Of a stretch of 64,000 nucleotides of DNA, positions 51,843 through 63,540 are shown in pieces. The notes under the pieces are model-generated. The model saw only the letters and a list, made by a program, of their open reading frames with translations. It had not been told where the DNA came from and did not search any database. Position 1 is the first letter of the stretch. Each line of letters starts with the position of its first letter. The DNA lies in assembly GCA_963799845.1 (NCBI GenBank), contig CAWCYI010000001.1, positions 131,842 through 195,841 of the forward strand, written 5' to 3'. The position numbers and the translations under genes were made by a program. This stretch comes from an uncultured Nitrososphaerota archaeon (GTDB lineage: Archaea > Thermoproteota > Nitrososphaeria > Nitrososphaerales > CADDZS01).

Positions 51843-53385
51843 CGACTCCCACTTCCCTCTTTCGAGATTTTCCTTCCTCCAATGTTTTCTTGACAATGTC
51901 ATCAAACAGAGGGAGAGCGACGGGGACTGCAAACTCGACGAAGCTTGAACTGATTATAGCCTCTCCCTTGCGTAGACTTGCAATATTTCTGTCGTCCAAG
52001 GAAAGGTCTTGGGACGCACTATCGATTATTGCGGTTCGTTCCGAAGAAAGTTCATTTCCAAGAATTATCTTCGTATTAATGTTCGCAAGTATGGTCTTCG
52101 GAATGACGCTCGCGAGCTGGGTGACCGCCACTAGACCAATTTTAAATTTCCTTCCTTCTCTCGCTATGTCGCTGTAAATGTTTGATCCGTGAGTCGCGAG
52201 TGCTTCCGTTCCAATTACTCTAGGTGCTTCCTCAATCACGATGGAGACCACAGGTTTCGATTCAAGCGTTTCCTCCTCCTTGGCCTTCTTGTGCAGATAT
52301 AGAAGATGGTTTGTAATTATACTACCAATAAGGAGCTCCGCTTGATCAGAAAGCGTGGAAGTATCAACGATGACCTTCTTGCCATCCTCAAGTGCGCTCG
52401 TTATCTCTTTGATCGTGGATTCACCGAGCGAATTACTGAAGGTTTTGAATCGAAACTTTAGGGCATCGTCTTCCTCGTCATAATACAACCCAAGGATTCT
52501 GTCAAGCTTTCTTTGCAGAACGTTGACTGTGGCGGGACTCACGTTCGGTAACGCAGTTCCTGGTCGGAAGATATTTTCAATCCAGTCTTCCCGAAATTGG
52601 GTGTACGCCACCCCCATCGCTTCTTCTTGCGCTTCGGTAAAGTCGGCTATTCCCCTAAAATGACTGGGCAGAATTGAGGCGAGGTGGACGACTAGCGCGA
52701 ATGCACCATTGGGAGGATTTGGGGAGTAGTATCTGAGAGATTCTGAGGCATCAGGATGATCCTTGAGGCCCTTCGTATTCTTCTTGCCGTAGTACTCGTT
52801 ATGCGGATCAAGGACAAGTATGCCGCAATAATCCTTGCCTAAGGCATCCCAGAGTATGGTCTTGACTAGATTGCTCTTCCCCTTCCCGGTGGTTGCAGGA
52901 ATGAGGATATGATGAGAGAAAACTTCGACAGCGTCGAGATAGACATCTACGTCGAGTGTCTTGGAACCGCTACGCACTTTTCCAAATCGGATCGGATTAT
53001 TCGGTTTTGTGAGGAAACTAAGGTCTTCTGCGTTGATATGCCTCACATATCCAAAAAAGTTCGGCAGGATTTTGGGATTCCTCGCCTGTACCTCGAAATG
53101 CAGTACGGGTTTTGCCATGGCCAGCAGATAATTTCGAAGCTGCGGTTCAATCAAGTCGAGTCCGGTTCCGAAACCTTCAAGCTTCATCCCAGAGATCATC
53201 TCTCTGACGAGTCTCGGAAGCTGACTCCCGTATATCAGATCGAAGACTTGTAAAATGATGTAACCGGGTTCTCTGTCTTCTACTAGGAGATCTCCAATCT
53301 CGATGGTCGAGTTACTGCTCTGACGAATTAGTATTTTGCTGGAATCTCCCTCTATTATTTCCCCGCAGGTTTCTCCTTTGCTCAC
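51835..53385 (-). CDS. herA: HerA translocase
   Basis: HAS barrel, [28 protein letters not shown]. Confidence 0.92.
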   Translation of the reverse strand: MSKGETCGEIIEGDSSKILIRQSSNSTIEIGDLLVEDREPGYIILQVFDLIYGSQLPRLVREMISGMKLEGFGTGLDLIEPQLRNYLLAMAKPVLHFEVQARNPKILPNFFGYVRHINAEDLSFLTKPNNPIRFGKVRSGSKTLDVDVYLDAVEVFSHHILIPATTGKGKSNLVKTILWDALGKDYCGILVLDPHNEYYGKKNTKGLKDHPDASESLRYYSPNPPNGAFALVVHLASILPSHFRGIADFTEAQEEAMGVAYTQFREDWIENIFRPGTALPNVSPATVNVLQRKLDRILGLYYDEEDDALKFRFKTFSNSLGESTIKEITSALEDGKKVIVDTSTLSDQAELLIGSIITNHLLYLHKKAKEEETLESKPVVSIVIEEAPRVIGTEALATHGSNIYSDIAREGRKFKIGLVAVTQLASVIPKTILANINTKIILGNELSSERTAIIDSASQDLSLDDRNIASLRKGEAIISSSFVEFAVPVALPLFDDIVKKTLEEGKSRKREVGVVA

Positions 53386-54506
53386 ATTATGCTACCTCCG
53401 GACTTCAACGAGTTTAGAACATCGTGGGCATCGGATGCTTGCATGTGCCTTGCGAATTTTTCCCAGAGTCCCCGCTTCGAGATTTCCGAGAGAACGACGA
53501 TTCTCTGTACCGCGGCCTCTTCCGCTGTTACTCTTGCGCTGAAATCTGCTTCAATGAGGCCGTAGGGATATCCAGGAAAACTAGTGTCCGAAGAGTTTGC
53601 AGCAAGCGTGGAAATGATGCCCAGAACATCTGTATCAGGCATACCTTCAAGTTGCTTCTTACTCATTTCAAAGCGAAAAACATGCTTGGCTACTTCGTGT
53701 AACTTCACGACAAAGCTCCTGGCAGAGTGTTCCAAGGTCAATCCGTCGGCCACTGGATAATAACTCCACTTGCAAGATTCAAAGCCTGAATCTTTTGCAA
53801 GTTTTTGGATTGCACCTATCAATGACAGACCGGTTGTTGTGAAAAGCGAACTTGATTTTGAAATCCCGGTGAAAATCACATCATTGTCAATACATGATCT
53901 TTCTGCCTGTTGGAGATACTTCCCCTCATTCTTGAACCCAGTTTGCAAACTTCCGTCGACTACGACGATATCGCCTTCGTCAAGAACTCTTGCAATCTGC
54001 GAAACGTAGCTCCACTCAGCAAAACGACGCGCGATAGTGCTGATCCGCCGAATGTCGGCTCTCATCGTTCCAACCATTACGGTCCGATCCATCGAACTGA
54101 AGGACAAATCAGACTCCAAGGGAAGGAATTCTCTCCAGGAATCGTCACAGGGGAAGGTCAGGTTGTCGTAGTAAATCGCATCATCCCGGAGCTTGGAAAA
54201 TGTCGCGGAGAAGAATTCAATCCGGTGAGGAATCTGATTTTGAATAACTCGCGAGTTATGCTTGAAAATATTGAAATAAACTCGATTCAGCTGGATGGAA
54301 AAGTTCGGTGCTCCGATGATCTCCTGATTCCCCCCGTCGACGTACGCAATCCTTCTCTTTGGGTTGATTTTGTCCAGGAAGTGAAATCTATCTTTTGACA
54401 GGGGGAAAGTTTCATAATCTGACGATGAAAACAAAGGATCGCCAATATTCGTTTCGTCTATGTTGTCGTTGAGTTTCTCAATTAAGTTGCTTATCGTGGG
54501 TAGCAT
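53382..54506 (-). CDS. nurA: NurA nuclease
   Basis: YVDGG, RRFAE, VDGSL, ISKSS, GYPYGLIEAD; ATGTGA overlap with herA. Confidence 0.92.
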   Translation of the reverse strand: MLPTISNLIEKLNDNIDETNIGDPLFSSSDYETFPLSKDRFHFLDKINPKRRIAYVDGGNQEIIGAPNFSIQLNRVYFNIFKHNSRVIQNQIPHRIEFFSATFSKLRDDAIYYDNLTFPCDDSWREFLPLESDLSFSSMDRTVMVGTMRADIRRISTIARRFAEWSYVSQIARVLDEGDIVVVDGSLQTGFKNEGKYLQQAERSCIDNDVIFTGISKSSSLFTTTGLSLIGAIQKLAKDSGFESCKWSYYPVADGLTLEHSARSFVVKLHEVAKHVFRFEMSKKQLEGMPDTDVLGIISTLAANSSDTSFPGYPYGLIEADFSARVTAEEAAVQRIVVLSEISKRGLWEKFARHMQASDAHDVLNSLKSGGSIM

Positions 54507-55128
54507 AAAATCCCTCGTTAAAGTATACCGAACTTATCCTATCTAACTTGGGAGGGTCGGTTTTATGATTTGTCAGAGTCGCAAAAGTATACCCAACGAC
54601 GAGTCGAAAGATCTGGGAGGGAGACACGACTGGCTTTCTAGTTGGACCAGTCTCAGGCTTGAGGAGCGCTGGCTTTTCTTATTTCTAATTCGCTTGAACG
54701 ATCTTTTCATCATTGCGGCGGGAAACTAATAGTCGATCCCGATGACGCAAATTACCTCGTGTCGGCGGGAATTGCTGGCAGGGCAGAGCAGAATACGGAA
54801 GCTCCGTATTGGATAAAGGTCGACGGTGACATGGGAGAGAATCGGTTACTCAGAATGATGGCACTTTTCAAGAAGATGCTTTCGGAAGATGAGCCTGCGA
54901 AATCGGAGAAGATGAATCGTGGACCATGAAATCTACCTCGGCGTTGGTGACTGTTGGGTGGAAAAGTACTTCTTGTCACTTTATACTAGGAGATAATTGA
55001 TCTCTTTCGAAGTTTGGACGAATCAGATCTAAGAGGAACGAGAACCGTATGCATATTGATAGTAGCCTGCTTTTGATTGCATTTTAGTGAAACAACAATA
55101 AGAGGGTGGTTTCCCTTTTTCTGAGCCT

Positions 55129-56275
55129 ATGTCGTCCAATGAGGATCTTCAGGTCATCCTCTCCTATTTTGTTGGCCATGGTGGGAAAATTGAATTTCGA
55201 CCCAGGGAAGAATTCGTTAATGCTGAGAAGACTGACAAGTATTGGATAGTGAATCGATGTAACCGACATCCCAAATCGACCCACAAAGCAACAAAGTGAC
55301 AATCGAAATCGCGGCTCTAAACGACAGTGGCATTCGTGAAGGCAAGAGGTTAGTATCTGACCTTATCCAGAAAGTGGAATCCTCTCAAATTCGTGAGTTG
55401 CTGAAAGACTTCCACCACGAATACGGTCATTGCTCTTGGGTCTGATGGTAAAAGACAATGCAATTGTACGTTCACCTACTTTTTTCCAACTTTCACCGAT
55501 TTCAGACGGCGTAATTCAACGAGCCAATTTGTCTCTCCCCTTTGCAAAATATCCTCTTGATATGATATTTGAGCAAATCACGCGATTCTTCGAATATGTA
55601 ACTGATGACCTCACTTTTCTTGGTATCGGAGCAAAAGATTCTGAATACCATAATACATTCGGCTGGTATGTCAAAAAAGCATTTGACACATCTCCTGAAG
55701 TATCACAGTATCTAGCCGGTCTGCAGAGAATGGCAAAATGTTCGCTTACAATGCAGTCTCGGAGGATCTTGAATGCTTTGTCAGATTACCTTGCAAGATT
55801 CCAACTATTGTCGCTCTTGCGAACGAAAGAATCCGTTTCCAGACTGGATATTCAAACGATACACGTTGCTTTTCCCCGAAGCTCAAAGAAGTCGATGATT
55901 TTCTTTCTGAGCTTCAGGGAGACAAAACTGTCTCCGGGCCAGACGAGTTCAAACGGATAAAAGACTGAAAGGGAATTCCCAGCGAGCGTCGAACCAATTA
56001 ACGAAAGAAGCAGGATACGCAATTGAATCATGGTGGCTGGAGCCAAAATCTGCGACTACTGCCGGAACCGTAACACAAGGAAAGCGAGGCTCACCATTAG
56101 TTGAAAGTGAATTCCCTGAGCAGCCAAAAGAGAAGTCTCCCAAAGTCGAGCCTAATGTACCAGAACCAAAAACCTACAGTATCTGTTCAAGTTACGGTCT
56201 TTCTTGGGATTTCTGAAAACAAGGAGAAAGTTAACTGGAAGCCGTTTGAAGAAGTGAATCCTCATCTCCTAATAT
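55129..56275 (+). pseudogene. Large frameshifted gene truncated by IS3 at the start of a HerA/FtsK(DUF87)-like ATPase domain
   Basis: Joined frames end 'VFLGISENKEKVNWKPFEEVNPHLLI' right at the IS end; no Walker A follows the IS. Confidence 0.5.
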
Positions 56276-57582
56276 TGAAGGAGCACCCTTCAAAGCTGGA
56301 CAGTTTTAGAGCCTTTGTAAGAGAGACTTTAGAAACTGCAGCTGGAGGGAGAGTCGCCCATGCCAGGTAGGAAGAGATGGGCAGCTGACGATAAGGCGAA
56401 GATCGTCATGGAGACTCTCACGACGAACATTCCACTATCTGAAATCTGCCGAAAGTACAACGTTGGAGCATCGCAGGTCTACAAGTGGAGGGATAAATTC
56501 CTGGAAGGCGGTAATAGAGCTCTTGTCGGCAATGATACATCTGACAGAGAAAAACAGATCGAGCTTGAAAATACGCGACTCAAGGAGATGGTTGCTGATC
56601 TTTCGCTAGCAAATCAGATCCTAAAAAAGGGGCAGATAAGAAGTTGAAAAGATCCACGTTCCAAGAGCTTCTTCAGACCGGTCGAGATAATATGAGCGTT
56701 AGCAGAGCGTCCACCCTCTCCGGTCATCCAAGAAGCTCGCACTACTACAAGCCAATCCGGAGAGACCCTTCCTCCTCAGGAGGTACAACGGAGGCAAAAA
56801 GAAGAGAGGCGACACTGATCGAAGAAATCGAGAGCCAATCTCTTTCACATCCCTCGTACGGTGTCAGAAGGATTACCGCAATGCTCCGCCGGAGCGGGAT
56901 CACCGTGAGCAGAAAGAGGGTTTACCGCCTTATGAAACTCACCAATCTCGTGAAGAAGAGGCGAGTGCGAAAGCACTTCGTAAAGAGGCGCGAGCTCGTC
57001 GTGCCTAAAGGACCAAACGAGCTTTGGGAGGAGGACATCACTTATGTCTGGTGTGGAGTGGACGGGTGGTCATATCTCTTTAACATTCTAGACTGCTTCA
57101 CGAGAGAATGGGTCGGATACGTCTTTTCGAAGCTATGCGGCACCAGCGAGTCTATCCGGTGCTTGGATAGGGCGATCATTGAAAGATTTCCTGATGGAGC
57201 TCTTACAACAAACTTGACAATCAGGAATGATGGCGGGCCTCAGTACACATCCGCGAGATTCCTTGAAGCTTTGAACGCTTACAAGACTATCAAACATGAA
57301 GTGACAGGAAAGAATAGACCTGACGAGGATGCATACGTCGAGTCCTTCCACAGATCAATCAAGGAAGACTACATCTGGCAGCATGAGTTTAGATCATTCC
57401 AAGAAGCGGATGAACTGATGACATCGTTCTTCCACGACTACAACTGGAATCGGCCGCACTCATCACTGAAATATATGACGCCCAAGGAGTTTGCATCATC
57501 CTGGGCATTGCGTGGAGTGAATGAATAAAATGGACGAGAAATCGTATCTTAGACAACTGTCCAGATCGGAGGGGTACATTCC
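56276..57582 (+). mobile_element. IS3-family insertion sequence
   Basis: Imperfect IRs GCACCCTTCAAAGCTGGACAGTT / AACTGTCCAGATCGGAGGGGTAC; no target duplication seen; exact ends uncertain. Confidence 0.85.
56360..57528 (+). CDS. IS3 transposase orfA/orfB with -1 frameshift at A-AAA-AAG (56623-56629)
   Basis: orfA HTH plus coiled coil; orfB YGVRR, WEEDITY, NDGGPQY, ESFHRSIKE, RPHSSL. Confidence 0.92.
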
Positions 57583-57892
57583 CTCCCCACTCCCTTCAAA
57601 TGGTAGCATATCTTGGCAAGTGCTCAAGACGAATGTAACTGTAGGTTATGATGCAGGATGCATGGTTCTTGAGGCGGTTGGACACACTTGTCCGACGAAG
57701 GGCGCCAACACAACAACTTCTTCACTCACAGGGGTGGAACTAATTCTGTATCGTGGAACTGATTACTATGTTGGAAACTTCAGTGCAGGCCCGTATGGAC
57801 AGACCATTGTATCATATCTCACCGTCTGGTTCACGAACACGACTATCTATTGCATCACTCCGCCGAATGACAACTATTCCGCGTGCCCTTAG
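57583..57892 (+). pseudogene. 3' fragment of a secreted, Cys-containing glycoprotein truncated by IS3
   Basis: NxS/T-rich frame whose apparent start lies inside the IS end. Confidence 0.45.
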
Positions 57893-58106
57893 AATCATTC
57901 GATTTCGATTCTTTCCAAGAAAATTCATTCGTAGTTTCCATATTGCATTGTGCCATTTGACAACGCGTCCGCAATTGTAACGACGGAATGTTCTGAATTG
58001 TTCGGGTCGCTATTTTCTGTTTTTGCCACGTGGAGGTGTTCCATTTAACAGAACAGATTTTTCGCCGTATAGTCTCAAATATTGGGATCAAGTCAGAAAG
58101 TCTTGC

Positions 58107-58994
58107 ATGCAAATCAGTAAAGGAGCATTTTTCGGAGCTCTCTGCGCTGTCTTAATTCTCGCACTCGCCTCAGGCGTTGGTCTGGCATATTCTTTGAACC
58201 ATCCATCACCACTCACAATTACAGAGACCGTTGTAACTTCTGAAACAGTACCCACTTCGCAGTCGATGGTCACTAATTACTACTCACCCAGTGTCGTAAT
58301 CCCAGTTACATCTAATGATCCGATGAGTTTCGTCGTAGGGCTCCCGAATGGGAATCTCTACGGATTCAATGGGACGGGCGGTTCATCTGCTCGAATGATC
58401 GGGAACGGTTCGACGCTAACCTACATGCCAGGAGGCCCGACTCTATCTTTTGAGGTCTATACGCCGATAATCCCAGCGTACCGAGCCAAATCCCATTTCA
58501 CAGAAAATACAGTGGGCAAACTTCTCATGGGGAGGAACTTTCAGCGAAAGCGTTCCGACACCATCTAACGCCACTCTTTTCGGCGGGAAAGTGAAGATCG
58601 ACTGGTTTGTGAACTCGTCCATGCTGTATCTCTATATCAATACGAAGTGACCTGAATTTATTTGGAGAATCAATAACTTTTCCACGAGGAAACACGCAAA
58701 GACGGAAACTCTTGCTTTTCGGAGTGATTCCAAACAAGACTTACGATGCTTTTGTAGATAATAATTCGAGCTCATCTTCATTCGACAGTTTGCTTGAATG
58801 GATTCGGAACTGAAAGTGTCGTTATTCCTCTCTGGAATCCAGGTGCAGAAGAATCGGTGTTTGCGAGTGCAACGAAATTAGACGCTTCAAATGGAAATCT
58901 AACAGTTGAGGTGGGCTACGGGTTTGGTTTTAAGACAAATAGTACCACCGCCCTAAACGGCACAGCGAATACCTTCACTGCGATCGCTCCTTAA
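58107..58994 (+). CDS. Secreted S/T-rich protein (frameshifted)
   Basis: MQISKGAFFGALCAVLILALASGVGLAY signal/anchor, T-rich linker; later frames continue to 58994. Confidence 0.5.
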
Positions 58995-59176
58995 GTCACT
59001 TACTGTTCTAATGATTCGAACATGTTGCTCGATAATTGATAATGAGATTATAGATATGCGAACCTAACGGCAATTCGCCATTTCAATATTTGAGTGTTGG
59101 ACGGCAGACGAGCTAGAAAACTTTTGGTGGAAACTAAACCTTCAGCCTTGGTTCAAACTGGCGTCAACAAGAGCAC

Positions 59177-59466
59177 TCAAGCTCGATCTCTGAAAGCAAG
59201 TCTTCTGCTTCGTCTAATTCTGCGAGAGTGCCCACGAGGACGATAGCGCGTCTGTACTACTCCAGATTTGTATGGCTTTACGCTCATCAACTCCAAATCC
59301 ATCTTGTTCGTAAACAGCCGCTTACCTCCTCCTATTCCGACAGGATGTACCATTATGATGTATTCGTCTATCAGCCCGAGTCTTGAGAAATTCTGCGCGG
59401 TGCGTACGCCACTAGGAACGTAAATGTCACCCTTGATGCGGTGTTTTATTTTCTTAACGGCTTGGA
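59177..59466 (-). pseudogene. RibD C-terminal/dihydrofolate reductase-like fragment
   Basis: Hand translation 'KGDIYVPSG...LGLIDEYIIMVHPVGIGGGKRLF...KSGVVQTRY'; no start codon. Confidence 0.7.
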
Positions 59467-59498
59467 CCGAGCTCCCTCATCGTGCGCCCAACATTACC

Positions 59499-59681
59499 CT
59501 ATTGCGTCACTTCTTTTTGCTTTACCTTGTCAGGGTAGATTATGCCACCGATAAGTAGCACGATTCCCACGGCAGCAATTATCAGAGTATCTAAACCCCG
59601 TGCAAAATAGAGCACTGCGCCAATGATAATCAGGATGCACCCCATTACCAGCAGTTTCAATTTTATGCCTGTCCAATTCAT
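59499..59681 (-). CDS. Small two-TM membrane protein
   Basis: MNWTGIKLKLLVMGCILIIIGAVLYF...GIVLLIGGIIYP. Confidence 0.6.
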   Translation of the reverse strand: MNWTGIKLKLLVMGCILIIIGAVLYFARGLDTLIIAAVGIVLLIGGIIYPDKVKQKEVTQ

Positions 59682-59765
59682 ACTGTTCCACCTCCCCTTG
59701 GCTATACAAAACATGCGCCCACAAATGCTGAAGAATGCAAGGATCCAGAAATCAAACTATATCAT

Positions 59766-60508
59766 CTACTTCCATTTTGTCAAAATTTCTTCCCTACGGA
59801 AAGTAACCCTTGCAAGTAGTAGAAGTATCACGTCAACCACCAAGAGGATGCCCTGAGATAATGAGTAGGTTATTTGTGGCGCTGAGACTTATGAAACCGA
59901 AATTACCTTGGACCAAAATTCCCACAAGCGGTAACATTACTAGAAATCCAACTTGTTGGGCGACACGAACGTCACTTACCCTGGACGATACAATTACATT
60001 CCATTCCACACTCATCAGCACGGCCGAGTGGAACCATTACAAAGAGAACTATCGCAGCATTCCAGTTGGGAAAGTAGTAGTAACCCAATTTCGAATGCGT
60101 GACGAGATCCATTAGACCCATGTAGATAGCAGCTCCCGCCAAGATCATCGCCATCGGCGGGAGGAATGATGAGATGCCCTTCCCGAACAAGATTTCGCTG
60201 TCGGTTGTCGGGGTGGCTAAGAGTGGTTCCAGGCTCTTTTCGACCTTTTCGCCCACTATGCTGTACGAGGCGATAGTTGAAGGAACAAGACCCGCTACGA
60301 TCACGTAGAAGAAAGTAGACGTGGATAGAAGTATTGGAATTGCTGAGGCAGGGAAATTACTTCTGTAATTTTCCGCATACGCCGTGACAGCTGGCAGCAG
60401 AAATGAGACAAGTAACGGAATAATGAAAATCGAGTAGATAATGTTCTTCTTTTTTCTGAATACCGAAAAGTCTTTGGAAGCGATTATCCATGACTTCGAG
60501 AGCCTCAT
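59766..60508 (-). CDS. ABC-2 type permease (frameshifted)
   Basis: SIVGEKVEKSLEPLLATP; ends ...FRREEILTKWK*. Confidence 0.85.
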
Positions 60509-60914
60509 TGTTTCTTCTCCTCCCTCACTAGCTTCAGGTATGCGTCCTCGAGAGTCGAGCCGACTACGGTGACTGATTGAATGTGGCCTCCAGCCCTAAA
60601 AATAGCATCCGAGATTGTGATGTTTTCCTTTTCGGGGTTTGTTACGTCAAGTGTCAGACTATTACCGTCAACGGCAATGTTACCAAGCGGCAGTTTCTTC
60701 AAAGCAGTTAGAATCGTATCGTTTACCTGTTCTAGTTGAATTACAGTTTTTCTTCCATTACTCACAGATCGCTCTAACTCCTCGGGAGTACCGATTGCCA
60801 TCAGTTTGGTATTCAATATTGCAATTTTATCACAAATTCTCTGAGCCTCGTCCAGGTTGTGTGTGTTGAGAAGATTGTCCTTTTTTCCTTCTTCAGGTCC
60901 AAGACGAAATCCCG
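60505..60914 (-). pseudogene. ABC ATPase C-terminal part, cut off at the GC junction
   Basis: RDFVLDLKKEKRTIF-NTHNLDEAQRICDKIAIL...TLEDAYL; Walker A and signature motif absent. Confidence 0.85.
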
Positions 60915-61400
60915 AGGCGAGCCGCGATGCTGCGCGAGTTGTTCCGCGTGATCCTGGAGCCCTACGTGGAGTTCGGCGTCTTGTGGAAGATCAGCGGCTG
61001 CGACGCCGGGGCGGCGTGGCTGCCACCTGGGGTGGCCGGGCGGTTCGACGAGATCGAGCAGTCCGCCCGGGCGGCCATCAACCCGCTGACCGATGACGGC
61101 GGCGTCCGCTACGCGACGTTCTGGGACTGGCTGGGCGCTCACCTGCCCGCCGAGCCCAGCTGGTTCCTGGACCTCGTGGTGGTCGCACCGGCCGCGCAGG
61201 GGCGAGGACTTGGCCGCAGGCTCGTGATGCATGGCCTTGACCTGGCCCGGGCGGACGGGTGCCCCGCCTTCCTGGAGACCAGCACCCCGAGCAATGTCCC
61301 GTTCTATCAGTCCCTCGGCTTCCAGATCGTCGATGAGCAACGGCTCCCGATGGCGGGCCCTTGATCTGGTTCATGCAGACCCCGCGCTTACAGGGCAGGT
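60915..61400 (+). CDS. GNAT acetyltransferase (actinobacterial type, 5' truncated, 3' frameshift)
   Basis: WFLDLVVV.PAAQGRGLG, AFLETS, NVPFYQSLGF. Confidence 0.8.
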
Positions 61401-61504
61401 GCGACAGGTATGTAAGGACAGAGCCGAGCCGGTTACCTGCTCTGCCGCGACCCTAGGACGAAGGTTCGCACTTTCCCCAGATTTTCTCCGAGAATCACAC
61501 AAAA

Positions 61505-61565
61505 CGAAGGGCGTGGGATTCGAACCCACGGTGATTGCACCGCCACAATGGTTTTCAAGACCGTT
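61505..61565 (-). tRNA. Partial tRNA-Ser(UGA): 3' portion only
   Basis: Minus strand ACGGT-CTTGAAA-ACCAT, long variable arm, GTGGG-TTCGAAT-CCCAC-GCCCTTCG; no matching 5' acceptor strand or D-arm. Confidence 0.7.
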
Positions 61566-61783
61566 CGTAACTTACCGTCCGCTGATGCTCCTACCTGGAC
61601 TTTCAGCGTGTTCACCGTCTGCGTCGCCCAAGATCATCCCGCGCATATCCCGTGAGGTCCCAGGGTCGTTGATGCACGATCCGCATGGCTGAGGATGTGA
61701 CCGCAGTGCCGACAGCGCCGCCTCGGCCAAAGGGTGTGATCGAATACCTAACAGGATGATCGGATCTCCAAGGGGAGCAGACC

Positions 61784-62260
61784 ATGGCGAGTGCAGCACG
61801 ACATCCGGCACCGCCCCCGGCCACGGTCGCCGATGTCATGCAGCCACCGGTCACGACAGTTGAACAGAACGACCACGTGGCCGCGGCCGCCTACCTCATG
61901 AAGCGCGCGAATGCGACCGCCCTCATCGTCACGCAGGCGCAGACCGGCCAGCCGATCGGCAATACCACGACCGATGCCGACGTTTCTCGCGCGGTCGCGG
62001 ACGGAAAGAACCCAAACGACGTCCGGATTTATCAGTTGATGACTACTAACCCGACCGTCGTCAACACCACCACAAGCATCCGTGACGCGGCCGAAGTCAT
62101 GACCAGCAGGCGTTTTCGGGGGACCGCCAAGTCGCACGCTGGCGGTTGGCATCGTGGATATCACCGACGTATGCCGCGTACTGCTTGAAGCCGACGTATC
62201 CGGGCGCCCGCCGCCGAAACTAACCACGGAGAGGAGGAGGCGCCGACCACAAGATCCGTA
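61784..62260 (+). CDS. CBS-pair protein (frameshifted near its 3' end)
   Basis: TVADVM.PPVTTV, LMTTNPTVV, second frame VGIVDITDV; SD-like AGGGGAG upstream. Confidence 0.75.
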
Positions 62261-62650
62261 AGAACGGGCACATCGTCGAGGACCGTCCGTTGTGGTCCGT
62301 GGGCTGGGCAGACATTCCACAGCTGTCCGCATGGGACGCGTCTTGTCCAGCGGCTTGGCAACAGTATTGGCTACAGTCAGGCGCTGGCGGCTGCTGCGGT
62401 TGCCATCGGCGATACCGTTTGGGGAGCCATGCCGCTGATGCTGCTGTCCGTCATGGTGCGGACGGCTGGCGGGCTTGGCATCAGGCTGCACCGTCCGTCC
62501 GGCTGGGGAGGTTGCAAGATGGCCCATCGCAACAGGCGCCGCGCCAGGACGAAGGCCAGGTTCGGCACCCAGGAATTCGACCCAGGTCATCAAGGCAACG
62601 TTTCCACCCTGGCCCCCTTTTCAGTCATCAGGACCGAGGAGCCGGTGACG

Positions 62651-62821
62651 ATGAGGGCAGGGGACTGGATCAGCCTGGCTGGTCTGGTGGTCTCGGTCAT
62701 CGGGTTCGGCGTGGTGATCAGGGAACTGATCCGTATCGCGCATGCGTCGGAGACGAGCCAGGCGAGCCATCAAGTGAACCGGAAAGAGGCAGATCCGCTT
62801 GCTGGAGGGTCGTCGTCCTGA
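62651..62821 (+). CDS. Small single-TM protein
   Basis: MRAGDWISLAGLVVSVIGFGVVIRELIR; GAGGAG upstream. Confidence 0.45.
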   Translation: MRAGDWISLAGLVVSVIGFGVVIRELIRIAHASETSQASHQVNRKEADPLAGGSSS

Positions 62822-62994
62822 AGTCAGGTACCGACCTGAGTTTCTGCTTTCTGGGTGGCTGGATGCGAACCGGCGGCCTCTTGTCCGCAGCCAGCGTGCC
62901 GCTGGGCGTTTGGCCGCTCGTCCCAGCTTGCTCGGTGCGCCGGCGGTCGTGCATGCTGGCGATTGTCAGGGCCTTCGCCGGGTTCCGGTGCTGC

Positions 62995-63540
62995 ACGAAG
63001 TCCGCGGTGGCCTCCATGACGACCCGGGTCACGCCCGAGGCCTGCCAGGTGATCGGCGAGCCCAGCACCGAGCGTGTCAGCGCCGGATAGGCCTGCACCT
63101 CCTGCAGCCCGCCTGCCCGGATGGTCCTGGTCGGGCACCCGGGCGCAGCACATCAGCTCGGCCTTGCCGATGCTTGAGCGCCGCCGCCCGCTCGATGATC
63201 TCCTCGTTGTCCTGGTGTTGTGGTGAGCATCTTGGCCTCCTCGCTGTGATCGTGGGTGGCCGCTGCCCGCAGGAGCCAGGGGCACAAGTGGAGAAAAATG
63301 GAATCCTCGTGCTCGAAAGAGCACTGGAACGGCCCGGCGAAGCGGCTCCGGCGCCCGGCTGAGCAGCTACTTCCGCGGTCAAGCAACAGTCGGCGTCAGC
63401 GGACAGCGGCCACCGCCGATTCTGGCCGGAACGGGGATCCCGCCAGGGGATATCCAAGGCCTAGAAGGTCGGTTTTCGCAGCGGGTCAGCCTGCCTCTTC
63501 GCAGGTGAGCCGGATGACGTTGCAAGTGACCGTGAGTTCC
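62995..63540 (-). mobile_element. IS110-family remnant: upstream non-coding end plus decayed transposase N-terminus
   Basis: SD GAGGAGG, ATG 63230; joined frames give 'DNEEIIERAAAL..IGKAELMCCARVP...LQEVQAY...GVTRVVMEATAD'. Left boundary is approximate. Confidence 0.75.

Noticed and set aside
51835-54506. HerA as part of an anti-phage system (Sir2-HerA, DUF4297-HerA)
   Set aside because: It has a HAS barrel and is coupled to nurA/mre11/rad50, i.e. the housekeeping resection operon.
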